The notes beneath the pieces are model-generated. The model had not been told where the DNA came from. It ran no database searches and saw only the letters and a list, made by a program, of their open reading frames with translations. Shown one piece after another: positions 1-8,457 of a stretch of DNA of 25,544 nucleotides. The DNA comes from Promethearchaeota archaeon (GTDB lineage: Archaea > Asgardarchaeota > Thorarchaeia > Thorarchaeales > Thorarchaeaceae). Made by a program: the position numbers and the translations under genes. The stretch lies in NCBI GenBank assembly GCA_027031765.1, contig JALVPN010000176.1, positions 2,583 through 28,126 of the forward strand, read 5' to 3'. Within the stretch, counting starts at the first letter, position 1. Each line of letters opens with the position of its first letter.

Positions 1-79
1 CTCTGCTGAGGCTCAAGCCGGAGCCCTTAAGACTAGGTTTTGCGGCCACCAGACAACAGAAGACAAACCGGTGGTCAGA

Positions 80-1090
80 ATGTCTCTGAGGTCATATGTT
101 GTGACGAGGATTCTCCTCACCATCCCAATGGTGATGTTGCTCCTCACATTCGTGTTCTTCATCCTCAGGGTGTTACCGGGAGACCCAGTGCTCCTGCACT
201 TTGAGAGGCAGGTAGACCCTGAGGTCGTGGCCGAGTACCGACGCATGCTCGGCCTCGACAAACCGCCAATAGTACAGTACTTTGAGTACTTGGCGGGGCT
301 TCTCAGGGGAGACCTTGGGCTCTCTATGTACGGCTTTGAGCCCATAAGCACCCACATTGCAGGGCGGTTCCCGGCAACACTGGAGCTCACAATATACTCC
401 ATGCTGTTTGCTGTGCTCCTCGGCGTTCTGCTGGGGGTCAAGGCGGCCAAGAACTACGACAGGCCAGTCGACCACGGCATCAGGCTGTTCGGCATCGTGA
501 CCTATGCGATCCCAGTGTTCTTCTTGGGCATGATCCTCCAGTACATCTTTGCAATACAGCTCAGGTGGCTGCCCCCGAACGGCCAGTTCCCAGCACGGTG
601 GAGAGTACCACCACGTGTCACAGGGATGTACACTGTTGACACACTCTTGGCTGGTGACGTCGCTGGCTTCTTCTACGCACTGTCGTACCTCATCCTCCCG
701 TCCATAACTCTGGGGACGGTGCTGTGCGGTATCTTCATCCGGCTGACACGGACGAACATGCTTGAGACCCTCCGGTCAGACTTCGTGGTGGCCGCAGAGG
801 CGCGTGGCCTCTCCGACTCGACAGTGACGTACAGGTACGCGCTCAGGAATGCGTTCCTCCCAATACTGACGATGATTGGACTGCAGTTCGCAGCACTCCT
901 TGCTGGTGCGGTCCTCACTGAGACGACGTTCAACATCCGTGGCCTCGGGACGTATCTTGTTGAGAGGATTGCGTTCCGCGACTACACGGGAATCCAGGGG
1001 GCTGTCGTTGTATACGGCATACTCGTGAGCATAGTCACACTGGTCATGGACCTGCTGTACGCTTACCTGGACCCGAGGATACGACTATAG
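80..1090 (+). CDS. dppB: Dipeptide/oligopeptide ABC transporter permease, DppB/OppB type
   Basis: Starts MSLRSYVVTRILL...LPGDP, has the LGLDKP..QYF and GDLG.S segments, and the EAA loop (ETLRSDFVVAAEARGLS...YALRNAFLP). ATG at 80 chosen over the GTG at 71 because it gives the typical family N-terminus. Confidence 0.93.
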   Translation: MSLRSYVVTRILLTIPMVMLLLTFVFFILRVLPGDPVLLHFERQVDPEVVAEYRRMLGLDKPPIVQYFEYLAGLLRGDLGLSMYGFEPISTHIAGRFPATLELTIYSMLFAVLLGVLLGVKAAKNYDRPVDHGIRLFGIVTYAIPVFFLGMILQYIFAIQLRWLPPNGQFPARWRVPPRVTGMYTVDTLLAGDVAGFFYALSYLILPSITLGTVLCGIFIRLTRTNMLETLRSDFVVAAEARGLSDSTVTYRYALRNAFLPILTMIGLQFAALLAGAVLTETTFNIRGLGTYLVERIAFRDYTGIQGAVVVYGILVSIVTLVMDLLYAYLDPRIRL

Positions 1091-1105
1091 GGGGTGCACA
1101 GACAC

Positions 1106-2365
1106 ATGGCAAGTCTTGTTAACGGTGTGTTCTATCAGCTGGGAAGTGCCAAGCAGAGCATCAGTGAGCACTCACGCAAGTGGTGTGCCGTATTGCTGGT
1201 CCTAGTAGCATTCACGCTCGCACTGGTCGCGACCCTTGTGGGCCTGGCGCTCAGGTCATACAAGGGTTTCGGAGTCGTAGTCGTGAGTGGTACGTTCGTC
1301 ACGGCCGGTACGGTGTTCCTAGCAAGGGTCATTGCGAGCTTGTGGCAGAAGGCAAAGACCCTCGTCAGACAGGGGCCAATCCCGTTTGCCCTGCTCTGTG
1401 GCATTGCGGCCATCGTGGCCATGTTGCCCATCTCGCTCGTCATCAACCGGAGCGAGGGGCTGGCCATGTGGAGCGTCATTGCCGGTGGTGGCCTTGTCCT
1501 GTCAGGCATGATCCTACTGCTTATCGATGGCTACCCTGTCTTCAAGCAGTACAAGTCGCCCGGATACATGGTCCTCGGTGGGGTCATGATCGTCCTGGCG
1601 CTGGTCTACATGACGTGGATAGCCTACTGGATCGTACCGTACGACCCATTCGAGATTGAGATGGGACACCCCAACACGCCGCCTTGTGCGGAGTTCCCGA
1701 TGGGCACGACCAGTCTTGGCCAGGACATGTTGAGCCGCGTGATAGCAGGCGGCGCCACGATGTTACAGGTGGCCGTACTGTCAGTTATCGTCTGCTTCTG
1801 CATCGGTGTCCCCATCGGCCTCCTGGCCTCGTACAGGGGCGGTGCCGTGGACAAGGTGGTGTCCCTCGTCATGGACAGCATCTTCGCCTTCCCAGGCCTG
1901 GTGCTTGCCATCGCCATTGCAGCGATGCTCGGGCCCGGCGTGGTCAACATGGCAATCTCAATAGCAGTGGTATACGTCCCGTCATACTTCCGGGTCGTCA
2001 GGAGCCAGGTCCTCACCATTAGGGAGCTGGCATACGTGGAAGCGGCAATCATAATGGGCGCACGCGACCGCGACATCCTGCTGCGCTACGTGCTGCCGAA
2101 CGTGCTGCCGTCATCAGTAGTGGTCATGTCAATCAACTTCGCCGACGCAATCCTCACCGCAGCGGGACTGACCTTCGTAGGACTGGGGCTGCCTGTCGAC
2201 ATCGCCGACTGGGGCTGGGACCTCACCTATGGCTTCGACGTCATCACTCTGGGCTACTGGTGGGTGCCCACGTTCCCAGGGATAATGGTGGTACTCCTCG
2301 CACTCGGCTTCACTCTGACAGGCGAGGGGCTGAACGAAATCCTCACACCAAAGCTGCAGGAGTGA
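1106..2365 (+). CDS. dppC: Dipeptide/oligopeptide ABC transporter permease, DppC/OppC type, with a ~148-aa N-terminal region containing four extra hydrophobic segments
   Basis: PYDP...PP...PMGTTSLGQDMLSRVIAG segment, EAA loop (RELAYVEAAIIMGARDRDILLRYVLPN), and C-terminal WW..TFPG. GGGGTG RBS at 1091-1096 lies 9 nt before ATG 1106. Confidence 0.92.
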   Translation: MASLVNGVFYQLGSAKQSISEHSRKWCAVLLVLVAFTLALVATLVGLALRSYKGFGVVVVSGTFVTAGTVFLARVIASLWQKAKTLVRQGPIPFALLCGIAAIVAMLPISLVINRSEGLAMWSVIAGGGLVLSGMILLLIDGYPVFKQYKSPGYMVLGGVMIVLALVYMTWIAYWIVPYDPFEIEMGHPNTPPCAEFPMGTTSLGQDMLSRVIAGGATMLQVAVLSVIVCFCIGVPIGLLASYRGGAVDKVVSLVMDSIFAFPGLVLAIAIAAMLGPGVVNMAISIAVVYVPSYFRVVRSQVLTIRELAYVEAAIIMGARDRDILLRYVLPNVLPSSVVVMSINFADAILTAAGLTFVGLGLPVDIADWGWDLTYGFDVITLGYWWVPTFPGIMVVLLALGFTLTGEGLNEILTPKLQE

Positions 2366-2370
2366 TCACA

Positions 2371-3381
2371 GTGAAGGACATACTGAGAGTCGAAGACCTG
2401 ATTGTAGACTATGTCACACGGAGAGGAGTCGCAAGGGCAGTGGACCGTGTGAGCCTCACCGTGGGAGAGAACAGGACCCTCGGCCTTGCCGGTGAGTCCG
2501 GCTGCGGGAAGTCGACACTGGGACGCGCCATCATGAGGCTCGTACCCTACCCCGGGAAAATAGTGGACGGCAGGGTCTTCCTCGACCTGGACGAGGACAT
2601 CCCATACGAGAACGGCGTCCTCAAGAAGGGAGAGGTCGAGATAACAGCGCTTGACGAGGAGGCTCTCCGCGCAGTGCGTGGCAAGGAGATTGCATACATC
2701 TTCCAAGACCCGATGACCTCGTTGAACCCGATGCTCAGAATCGGAGACCACTTCGTCCAGATCCTCCAGGCACACAACCCTGAGATGGAGAAGGACGAGG
2801 CCCTTGAACGGGGGAAGGAGGTCCTCGAGAGCCTCGGGATACTCCCGGAGCGAATTGGGGACTACCCGCACCAGTTCAGCGGCGGCATGCGGCAGCGAGT
2901 GATGATTGGGTTGTCACTGGTAATGCGTCCCCGCCTCCTGATTGCAGATGAGCCCACCACGTCCCTGGACGTGATTGTCGAGGCGCAGATCCTTGAGGAG
3001 ATGGCCCAGTTGAAAGAGAAGTTCAACCTGACCATGATCCTCATCACACACAACCTCGGCGTCCTCGCCCAGACAGCAGACGACATCGCGGTCATGTACA
3101 CTGGCAGGATCTGCGAGGTCGCGACCACGGAAACGCTCTTTGAGGACCCGCAGCACCCGTATACGCAGGCCCTGCTAGAGTCGGTGCCGGACGTGACGAA
3201 ACCGGACAAGAAGCTCTCATGGATACCTGGGGCCCCACCGGACCTGGTGGAACCACTGCCAGGGTGCATGTTCCACCCGCGGTGTCCAAAGGCGATGGAC
3301 ATCTGCAAGAAGAAGGTGCCGAAACTTGTACAGAGTAACAACGGTGGCGTCGTGGCATGCCACCTGTATGGAGGTGCGTAA
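2371..3381 (+). CDS. dppD: Peptide ABC transporter ATP-binding subunit with C-terminal oligopeptide-transporter (HPY) Cys-rich domain
   Basis: Walker A GESGCGKS, Q-loop IFQDP, signature FSGGMRQR, Walker B LLIADEPTT, H-loop ITHNL, HPYT, and GC.FHPRC...C...VACH. Start is GTG 2371 (AGGAGTGA RBS just upstream) or GTG 2362 (overlapping the dppC stop). Confidence 0.93.
   Translation: MKDILRVEDLIVDYVTRRGVARAVDRVSLTVGENRTLGLAGESGCGKSTLGRAIMRLVPYPGKIVDGRVFLDLDEDIPYENGVLKKGEVEITALDEEALRAVRGKEIAYIFQDPMTSLNPMLRIGDHFVQILQAHNPEMEKDEALERGKEVLESLGILPERIGDYPHQFSGGMRQRVMIGLSLVMRPRLLIADEPTTSLDVIVEAQILEEMAQLKEKFNLTMILITHNLGVLAQTADDIAVMYTGRICEVATTETLFEDPQHPYTQALLESVPDVTKPDKKLSWIPGAPPDLVEPLPGCMFHPRCPKAMDICKKKVPKLVQSNNGGVVACHLYGGA
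3370..3376 (+). promoter_or_regulatory. Shine-Dalgarno site GGAGGTG for dppF
   Basis: Perfect GGAGGTG inside the end of dppD, 8 nt before ATG 3385. Confidence 0.8.
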
Positions 3382-3384
3382 GAG

Positions 3385-4362
3385 ATGGCACTGATAGAGG
3401 TCGTCAATGTCAAGAAATACTTCCCCGTCCAGAAGGGGTTCATGGAACAGCTGCTGACCAGACAACGGACTTTCGTCAAGGCACTTGACGGCGTGTCCTT
3501 CTCCATAGAGCGTGGCGAGGTGCTCGGTCTTGCCGGTGAGAGCGGCAGCGGGAAGACAACGATGGGCCGCCTGTGTGTCAGACTGATCGAGCCCACGGAG
3601 GGCAAGGTCATCTTCAAAGGCCTGGACCTGTCAGAGATCACTGGTGACCATCTGCGGTTCTTGAGGCGGAAACTCCAGTTCACCTTCCAAGACCCGTCGT
3701 CATCACTCAACCCACGAATGTCTGTAGGTGAGGCCATTGCTGATGCACTGCGCGTACAGGGGATGGGTACCAAGGAGGAGCGGCGCACGGCAGTGGAGGA
3801 GGTCCTGGAGAGGGTCGGACTGTCACCAGCAAGTGCGTTCTACGACCGCAAGCCCCACCAGCTCAGTGGTGGTCAGAGGCAACGTGTGGTGTTCGGACGC
3901 GCGATAGTGCTGAACCCCGAGTTCGTCGTCACAGACGAGCCCGTGGCAATGGTGGACGTGTCGATAAAGGCCCAGCTCCTCGAGCTCATGCTTGACCTCA
4001 AGAAGGACCTGAACCTCACGTACCTCTTCATCTCCCACGACCTGGCCACCGCAAGGTACGTATGTGACAGGATTGCCATCATGTACCTCGGTAAGATCGT
4101 GGAGATGGGCGACAAGGACCAGGTCTATGAGGAGCCCCTCCACCCGTATACCAAGGGTCTCATCCAGGCAATCCCGGTACCGAACCCGAAGATGCGCAGC
4201 GAGAAGGCCGTCCCACGGGGAGAGATACCTAGCCCGATAAGCCCGCCACCAGGGTGCAGGTTCCACCCCAGGTGCGAGCATGCCACGGACAAGTGCTCCC
4301 AGATAGAGCCCCAGCTCAAGGACGCGGGCAACGGTCACATGGTCGCGTGTCACCTGTACTGA
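3385..4362 (+). CDS. dppF: Peptide ABC transporter ATP-binding subunit, DppF/OppF type, with HPY Cys-rich C-terminal domain
   Basis: Walker A GESGSGKT, FQDP, LSGGQRQR, VVTDEP, ISHDL, HPYT, GCRFHPRC...C...VACHL. Confidence 0.93.
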   Translation: MALIEVVNVKKYFPVQKGFMEQLLTRQRTFVKALDGVSFSIERGEVLGLAGESGSGKTTMGRLCVRLIEPTEGKVIFKGLDLSEITGDHLRFLRRKLQFTFQDPSSSLNPRMSVGEAIADALRVQGMGTKEERRTAVEEVLERVGLSPASAFYDRKPHQLSGGQRQRVVFGRAIVLNPEFVVTDEPVAMVDVSIKAQLLELMLDLKKDLNLTYLFISHDLATARYVCDRIAIMYLGKIVEMGDKDQVYEEPLHPYTKGLIQAIPVPNPKMRSEKAVPRGEIPSPISPPPGCRFHPRCEHATDKCSQIEPQLKDAGNGHMVACHLY

Positions 4363-4415
4363 CCGGCGGGCACTTGACACACCACACAGACGAGAACGGG
4401 CCCCGAACATAGGCG

Positions 4416-4489
4416 GCCCCGTGTCCCCTGTGACCGGGGCTGCCTGGGGTCCTAGACCAGTGCCTGTGTCAGGGGGCTATGTCCTGACA
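4416..4489. terminator. Two GC-rich hairpins between convergent dppF and the lipT-like gene; possible bidirectional terminator
   Basis: GCCCCG(T)GTC...GACCGGGGC at 4416-4440 and TGTCAGG...CCTGACA at 4467-4489. No adjacent U-tract, so the functional call is weak. Confidence 0.3.
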
Positions 4490-4517
4490 GTCGTGGTAGG
4501 ACGGGGGGCTGGCCGCT

Positions 4518-5573
4518 TCAGCGGGACAGCTCGGCACGCACAAAGGCCTCACGGCCATCGTCGTCGAGCTCCACGACGTATTCTGTGAGGGAACGCACCA
4601 TGTCAGCAGTCCCGGAAACCTCACGAGAGTAGGCCTCCAACAGGTCACCGCCCTCACTTGCTGCACGTATCGCGGCTGCTGCGCTCTCGCCACTCTCGAC
4701 TGCCAGTCGGATGCCCTCGCCAGACAGTGGGTTACAGAGGCCCGCTGCATCGCCAGTGAGGAGCGTCCTGCCCCTACCCAAGACCACTGCCCCAAACGGT
4801 ATGGCCCAGAGGACCGAGGAGGTGGGCCTGCCCTGGAAGGAGAAGTCCCGCTGCAACAGGTCGTAGAAGCGCAGGAGCCGGTCAGACACATCCACACTGT
4901 CATGCGGTGTGCTGCCGGTGCCGATGAGGAGTCCCCCGTCCTTGGGGATCACGTAAGAGTAGGCTGGTGACACATGGCCGTTGAAGAAGGCATAGAAGTC
5001 GTCCTCGAACTGTCCACTGCGCGGACACCGGTCCTGCTTGATGACTGTCACCGGCATGTGTCGTTGCCCGGTCACGGTGTACCGTACGCGGGAACGCACG
5101 CCATCAGCACCGACCACGTAGTCTGTCGGCACGGAGATGTGAGAGCCAGCACTATTCAGGTGCACTACAGGCCGGTCGGCCTCCTCGACCGAGATGAAAC
5201 TCGTTTCCCAGAGGGTCTTGACGCCGGCGTCAGTGACGAGCCGTGCGAGCCAGCGGTTGAGCTCTGCACGGTCGATGTTCAGTACGCTGTAGCCCCTGAC
5301 GCGCCCCCCGTTCTCGGGACCGCTCGGTGGCACGTAGAACAGGCCCAGCTCCGGAGGACTGGCCATGACAGACTCCGGCAGTGCCTCACCGACGATGTCC
5401 TCGATTGTCTCAGCGGCAACACCCGGGAGCACACCACCACACGGCTTGTCCCCTGGCGAGGCGCGCCTGTCGACCAGGAGCACCTTGAACCCAAGACCGG
5501 CGCAACAGATGGCGGTGGAACAGCCGGCGGGGCCAGCGCCCACAACGACCACATCATACTCTTGCTCTTGCAT
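4518..5573 (-). CDS. Geranylgeranyl-reductase-family FAD-dependent oxidoreductase; LipT-like by gene context
   Basis: DVVVVGAGPAG dinucleotide motif, KPCGG, VVGADG, and GDAAG..NPLSGEGI. Directly downstream of the ligase (20-bp overlap) in a lipS1/lipS2 cluster. ATG 5573 preferred; GTG 5585 is an alternative. Confidence 0.8.
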   Translation of the reverse strand: MQEQEYDVVVVGAGPAGCSTAICCAGLGFKVLLVDRRASPGDKPCGGVLPGVAAETIEDIVGEALPESVMASPPELGLFYVPPSGPENGGRVRGYSVLNIDRAELNRWLARLVTDAGVKTLWETSFISVEEADRPVVHLNSAGSHISVPTDYVVGADGVRSRVRYTVTGQRHMPVTVIKQDRCPRSGQFEDDFYAFFNGHVSPAYSYVIPKDGGLLIGTGSTPHDSVDVSDRLLRFYDLLQRDFSFQGRPTSSVLWAIPFGAVVLGRGRTLLTGDAAGLCNPLSGEGIRLAVESGESAAAAIRAASEGGDLLEAYSREVSGTADMVRSLTEYVVELDDDGREAFVRAELSR

Positions 5574-7173
5574 CCTGTGACACACTCCCCTTCAGGAGGC
5601 CCCTCTCATGGAGCACCCTCAGTACCCGCTCGATCAGGTCGGTCTTCAGCGTGGTCTGGCCCTCAAAGTTACCGACGTAGGCCTCCTGCTCCTCACCGAG
5701 CTCGTAGCACGTCGAGTCGTCAATGTCGATTAGGAGGGCAGGCATGCCTGTGGCCACGAAGTCGTCATGGTGTTTCGTATAGAACCCCTCGCAACACGAA
5801 CCGACATAGCCCCTGTGACCGCGGGCAGCGAACTCCTCTATCGTTTCAATCAGGTGCTCGTAGTTCTGGATTGTCCTCACCGGGAGGCCGAGCTCCTGCG
5901 CAAGGCTGTAGACCGGGCCGATTGTGCACTCGCCACACACCGCACACCCCTCAGTGCGGCGGTACGCGCAGTCCACCAGCTTGGCACAGTAGGGCAACAG
6001 TACGAAGTCGAAACACTGGCTGTCGAGTTCGTCGGGCATGAAGTTGACGGTCATTATGTGGTTCGACTCGTCAAGCGAGACCCCATAGCGTGTGAGCGCC
6101 GACTTCTTCAGCGCCTCCAAGACCACATCAGTGAGCTGGTCGGGAGTGACGCCGAATATCCGGGCCCCGGTCTCCTTGAAGAAGTCCCTGACCCTTGTGC
6201 GCACGGCACCATCGTCCAAGGGCGTGTCCTTGAGCCTTGCCTCCAGATCCATGATTGCCCGTTGTGGGAACACCTGGAAGTCGCCAGTGATGAAGGAGCT
6301 GACGATGAACTTGCCGACCAGGTCGACCGCAAGCGACACCCTCACCAGTCCGCCGGGCAGCTTCCTCATGGCCGACACCATGCCACCGGTATTGGGCGGT
6401 CGCCGCACGAGGTGTACCCACTCGTCAGACTGGAAGTACGGGAGCCTCTCCCTGAATAGTGCGGACTCAGCGGGCGTCAGGCCACCGGGCTCGAACTCGA
6501 CACCGAACACCTCCTCGAACCCCGCGCGTATTGCGGCCTTGATGTCCGGCAGCGGCGGCACGTACCCGAGCTCCCACTTCAGGCATGTGACGCGTCTCTT
6601 GACCGACTCGACCTCCTTGTCCTTGAGCTTCTCAATGGGTATCCTGAGCGTCCGCAGCATCAGCTCGACGTCGAAGTCTACGAGCAGGGTGCCCTGGTAC
6701 ATGAACGAGGCACCACGCTCCGTACCACCAGTGCCCGATATCTTGCGGCCGCCCACCTCAATGTCGTTCTTTGGCCTGAACTCCGCGTCCACACCAAGGC
6801 GCTTCAGACCCCTGACTGTGGCCGAGCATATGCGCCGCGCAAGACGGTCAAGGTCGAGGCGCAGGTCGTGGATGCCCGGGGCGGACTTTTCCGCATAGAG
6901 CTCCCACCCCAGACAGGTCGGCGTGAAGAGGATTGCACCGCCACCCGTTATCCGCCGGTTGATGTCCACACCGTTCCTCCTGCAGAAGTCAACACGGATC
7001 TCCTGCTCCACAGACTGGTGATAGCCCACAAGCGCCGTCGGTGGACTGAACTGCAGGAAACGGAGGGTGTTGGGGGACTTGCCATCAGCATGACACTCAA
7101 GGATGACATCGTCAAGGGCCATGTTCTCAGCACCGGTCAGTACACCGGTGTCGAGCAGTCTCCAACGCGTCAC
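5554..7173 (-). CDS. lplA: Lipoate:protein ligase Lpl(AB) (catalytic domain plus accessory LplB-like domain) fused to a C-terminal Cys-rich DUF116-like domain; 539 aa
   Basis: Begins GTG-TRWRLLDTG...NMALD, with a GGGGTG RBS-like sequence upstream; the 80 codons of ORF upstream of 7173 look non-coding. Contains RRITGGGA, KNDIEVGGRKISG (catalytic Lys), QGTLL, the LplB-like GGLVRVSL...ITGDF, then LLPYC..5..C..7..C..C..C.IG and GSCC. Confidence 0.88.
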   Translation of the reverse strand: MTRWRLLDTGVLTGAENMALDDVILECHADGKSPNTLRFLQFSPPTALVGYHQSVEQEIRVDFCRRNGVDINRRITGGGAILFTPTCLGWELYAEKSAPGIHDLRLDLDRLARRICSATVRGLKRLGVDAEFRPKNDIEVGGRKISGTGGTERGASFMYQGTLLVDFDVELMLRTLRIPIEKLKDKEVESVKRRVTCLKWELGYVPPLPDIKAAIRAGFEEVFGVEFEPGGLTPAESALFRERLPYFQSDEWVHLVRRPPNTGGMVSAMRKLPGGLVRVSLAVDLVGKFIVSSFITGDFQVFPQRAIMDLEARLKDTPLDDGAVRTRVRDFFKETGARIFGVTPDQLTDVVLEALKKSALTRYGVSLDESNHIMTVNFMPDELDSQCFDFVLLPYCAKLVDCAYRRTEGCAVCGECTIGPVYSLAQELGLPVRTIQNYEHLIETIEEFAARGHRGYVGSCCEGFYTKHHDDFVATGMPALLIDIDDSTCYELGEEQEAYVGNFEGQTTLKTDLIERVLRVLHERGLLKGSVSQDARARV

Positions 7174-7240
7174 TGTCGATGAACACCCCGCATGGTGCAC
7201 AACCGCACCACACTCATACCACAAGTGCCGGGGCCGGCGC

Positions 7241-7247
7241 AATAAAT
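7241..7247 (-). promoter_or_regulatory. Possible TATA-like element (ATTTATT on the minus strand) upstream of the ligase gene
   Basis: The only AT-rich patch in the 249-bp lipS1-lplA gap, about 70 bp upstream of GTG 7173. Confidence 0.3.
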
Positions 7248-7422
7248 GTCTGTAGTCATGTGCACCCACCAAGGGCCAAGACCGGGGAGGACATGCCGCC
7301 AATCCATGCTGTGCGGTACAGTGTCGCAAGAGCCCTGTGCCCGTACTGTGGTACTGTGTGACATCGGAAACAGCCGTGGAGAGGCGGATGGACAAGCAGG
7401 AGGTGCAGCCCACCCGTGCGGC

Positions 7423-8457
7423 TCACTCGTGAGCGAGCAGCGAACGACCGAGCAGCGTGCAGCACTCCACCGACATGACCGGTTCCAGTCCTACGCTCTT
7501 TGCGAACTCGTAGCCCTCCTCAGTGGGGTATGCAATGGCATTGACGCCGGCACGTATCGCAAGGATGTCGGTCGTGCGGCGGTGCTCCCCCAGCGGTCGT
7601 GCGCACCCGAGGACAAGAGGCCGGTCCGGGATGGCGAGCCGCGCCGCGAGTATCACGCGTGCGATGTCCACTGGTGGTGCGGGCCGGGTGTGTGCCATCG
7701 GCGTCCTGTCGAGGGGCATGAACGCGACCACGACGACCGCGGCAGGGCTGTGTGCTGCAATCATCCGTATGGCCTCGGCCTCACCGAGGAGCCGGCCGTA
7801 GTGCAGGCCCACCACTATGTGTGGCATCACTGGCACCCCGTGCTCCTCGAGCAGGGACATCGACCTGTCAAAGACCTCCACCCCCACGTCCAGGTGGTAG
7901 ACCTGGCGGAGGGTTTCGTCTGAGCCTATGATGTCAAGCATTGCACCATCGACACCGGCCTCTGCAAGGCCACGTGCCACCTCTGGCAATACGACACCGG
8001 TGTGTACCACGATGTCGAGCCCGAGCTCCTCCTTGGCACGCTTGAGGACCGGTATGAACCTCTGGAGTGGGGTGTTCCCCTTCGGGGTGGAACCGCCGCT
8101 CACGAGACAGCCCTTGCCACCATGTTCCCTGACACGGAGCATGGTCTCCCACAGGGCATCAGGAGTGGTGGCGGGGAGCATTGTTTCGAGGAGCCTGCCC
8201 GAACAGTGGTCACAGTCCAGTGCGCACTGAGTGCCGGAGACCGAGATGCTGGGGAACCGGTACGGGTCGGTCGCGGTGAAGAAGTCGGTGTCAAAGTGCA
8301 CCATGCCGGGCATATGGAACGCAATCCGGTTGCCGAAGTGTGCCCGGGCTGTGCGGAAGGCCTCATCAAAGAGGGGGCCGAGCTCGTCCTCATCGGCAGT
8401 CATGCAGTGCTCGATGGTGTTGGAGAGGTCAGTCGTCAGCGTCATAGGAGAGGTCAT
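7423..8457 (-). CDS. lipS1: Radical SAM lipoyl synthase subunit LipS1 (BioB-like fold)
   Basis: CX3CX2C = CALDCDHC. Carries the LipS1-type GC(M/A)R motif (GCAR, 7597-7608) and C-terminal CC (7459-7464) that I recall from Thermococcus kodakarensis LipS1 homologues. Clustered with lipS2 and the ligase. Start is ATG 8457 or 8445. Confidence 0.82.
   Translation of the reverse strand: MTSPMTLTTDLSNTIEHCMTADEDELGPLFDEAFRTARAHFGNRIAFHMPGMVHFDTDFFTATDPYRFPSISVSGTQCALDCDHCSGRLLETMLPATTPDALWETMLRVREHGGKGCLVSGGSTPKGNTPLQRFIPVLKRAKEELGLDIVVHTGVVLPEVARGLAEAGVDGAMLDIIGSDETLRQVYHLDVGVEVFDRSMSLLEEHGVPVMPHIVVGLHYGRLLGEAEAIRMIAAHSPAAVVVVAFMPLDRTPMAHTRPAPPVDIARVILAARLAIPDRPLVLGCARPLGEHRRTTDILAIRAGVNAIAYPTEEGYEFAKSVGLEPVMSVECCTLLGRSLLAHE

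Noticed and set aside
2254-3788. Minus-strand ORFs of 205 and 308 aa over dppD and dppF
   Set aside because: Shadow ORFs of clear ABC ATPase genes.
4974-6041. 355-aa + strand ORF across the flavoprotein and ligase genes
   Set aside because: Fully overlaps two well-supported minus-strand genes and has no recognisable domain.
7179-7361. 60-aa + strand ORF ending in CPYCG within the lipS1-ligase gap
   Set aside because: Only half of a zinc-ribbon motif, no RBS or promoter, and opposite to the operon direction; probably chance.
7174-7413. 80-codon N-terminal extension of the ligase ORF up to 7413
   Set aside because: Low-complexity, non-homologous translation. The family N-terminus (RWRLLDTG) starts right after GTG 7173, which has an RBS-like sequence.
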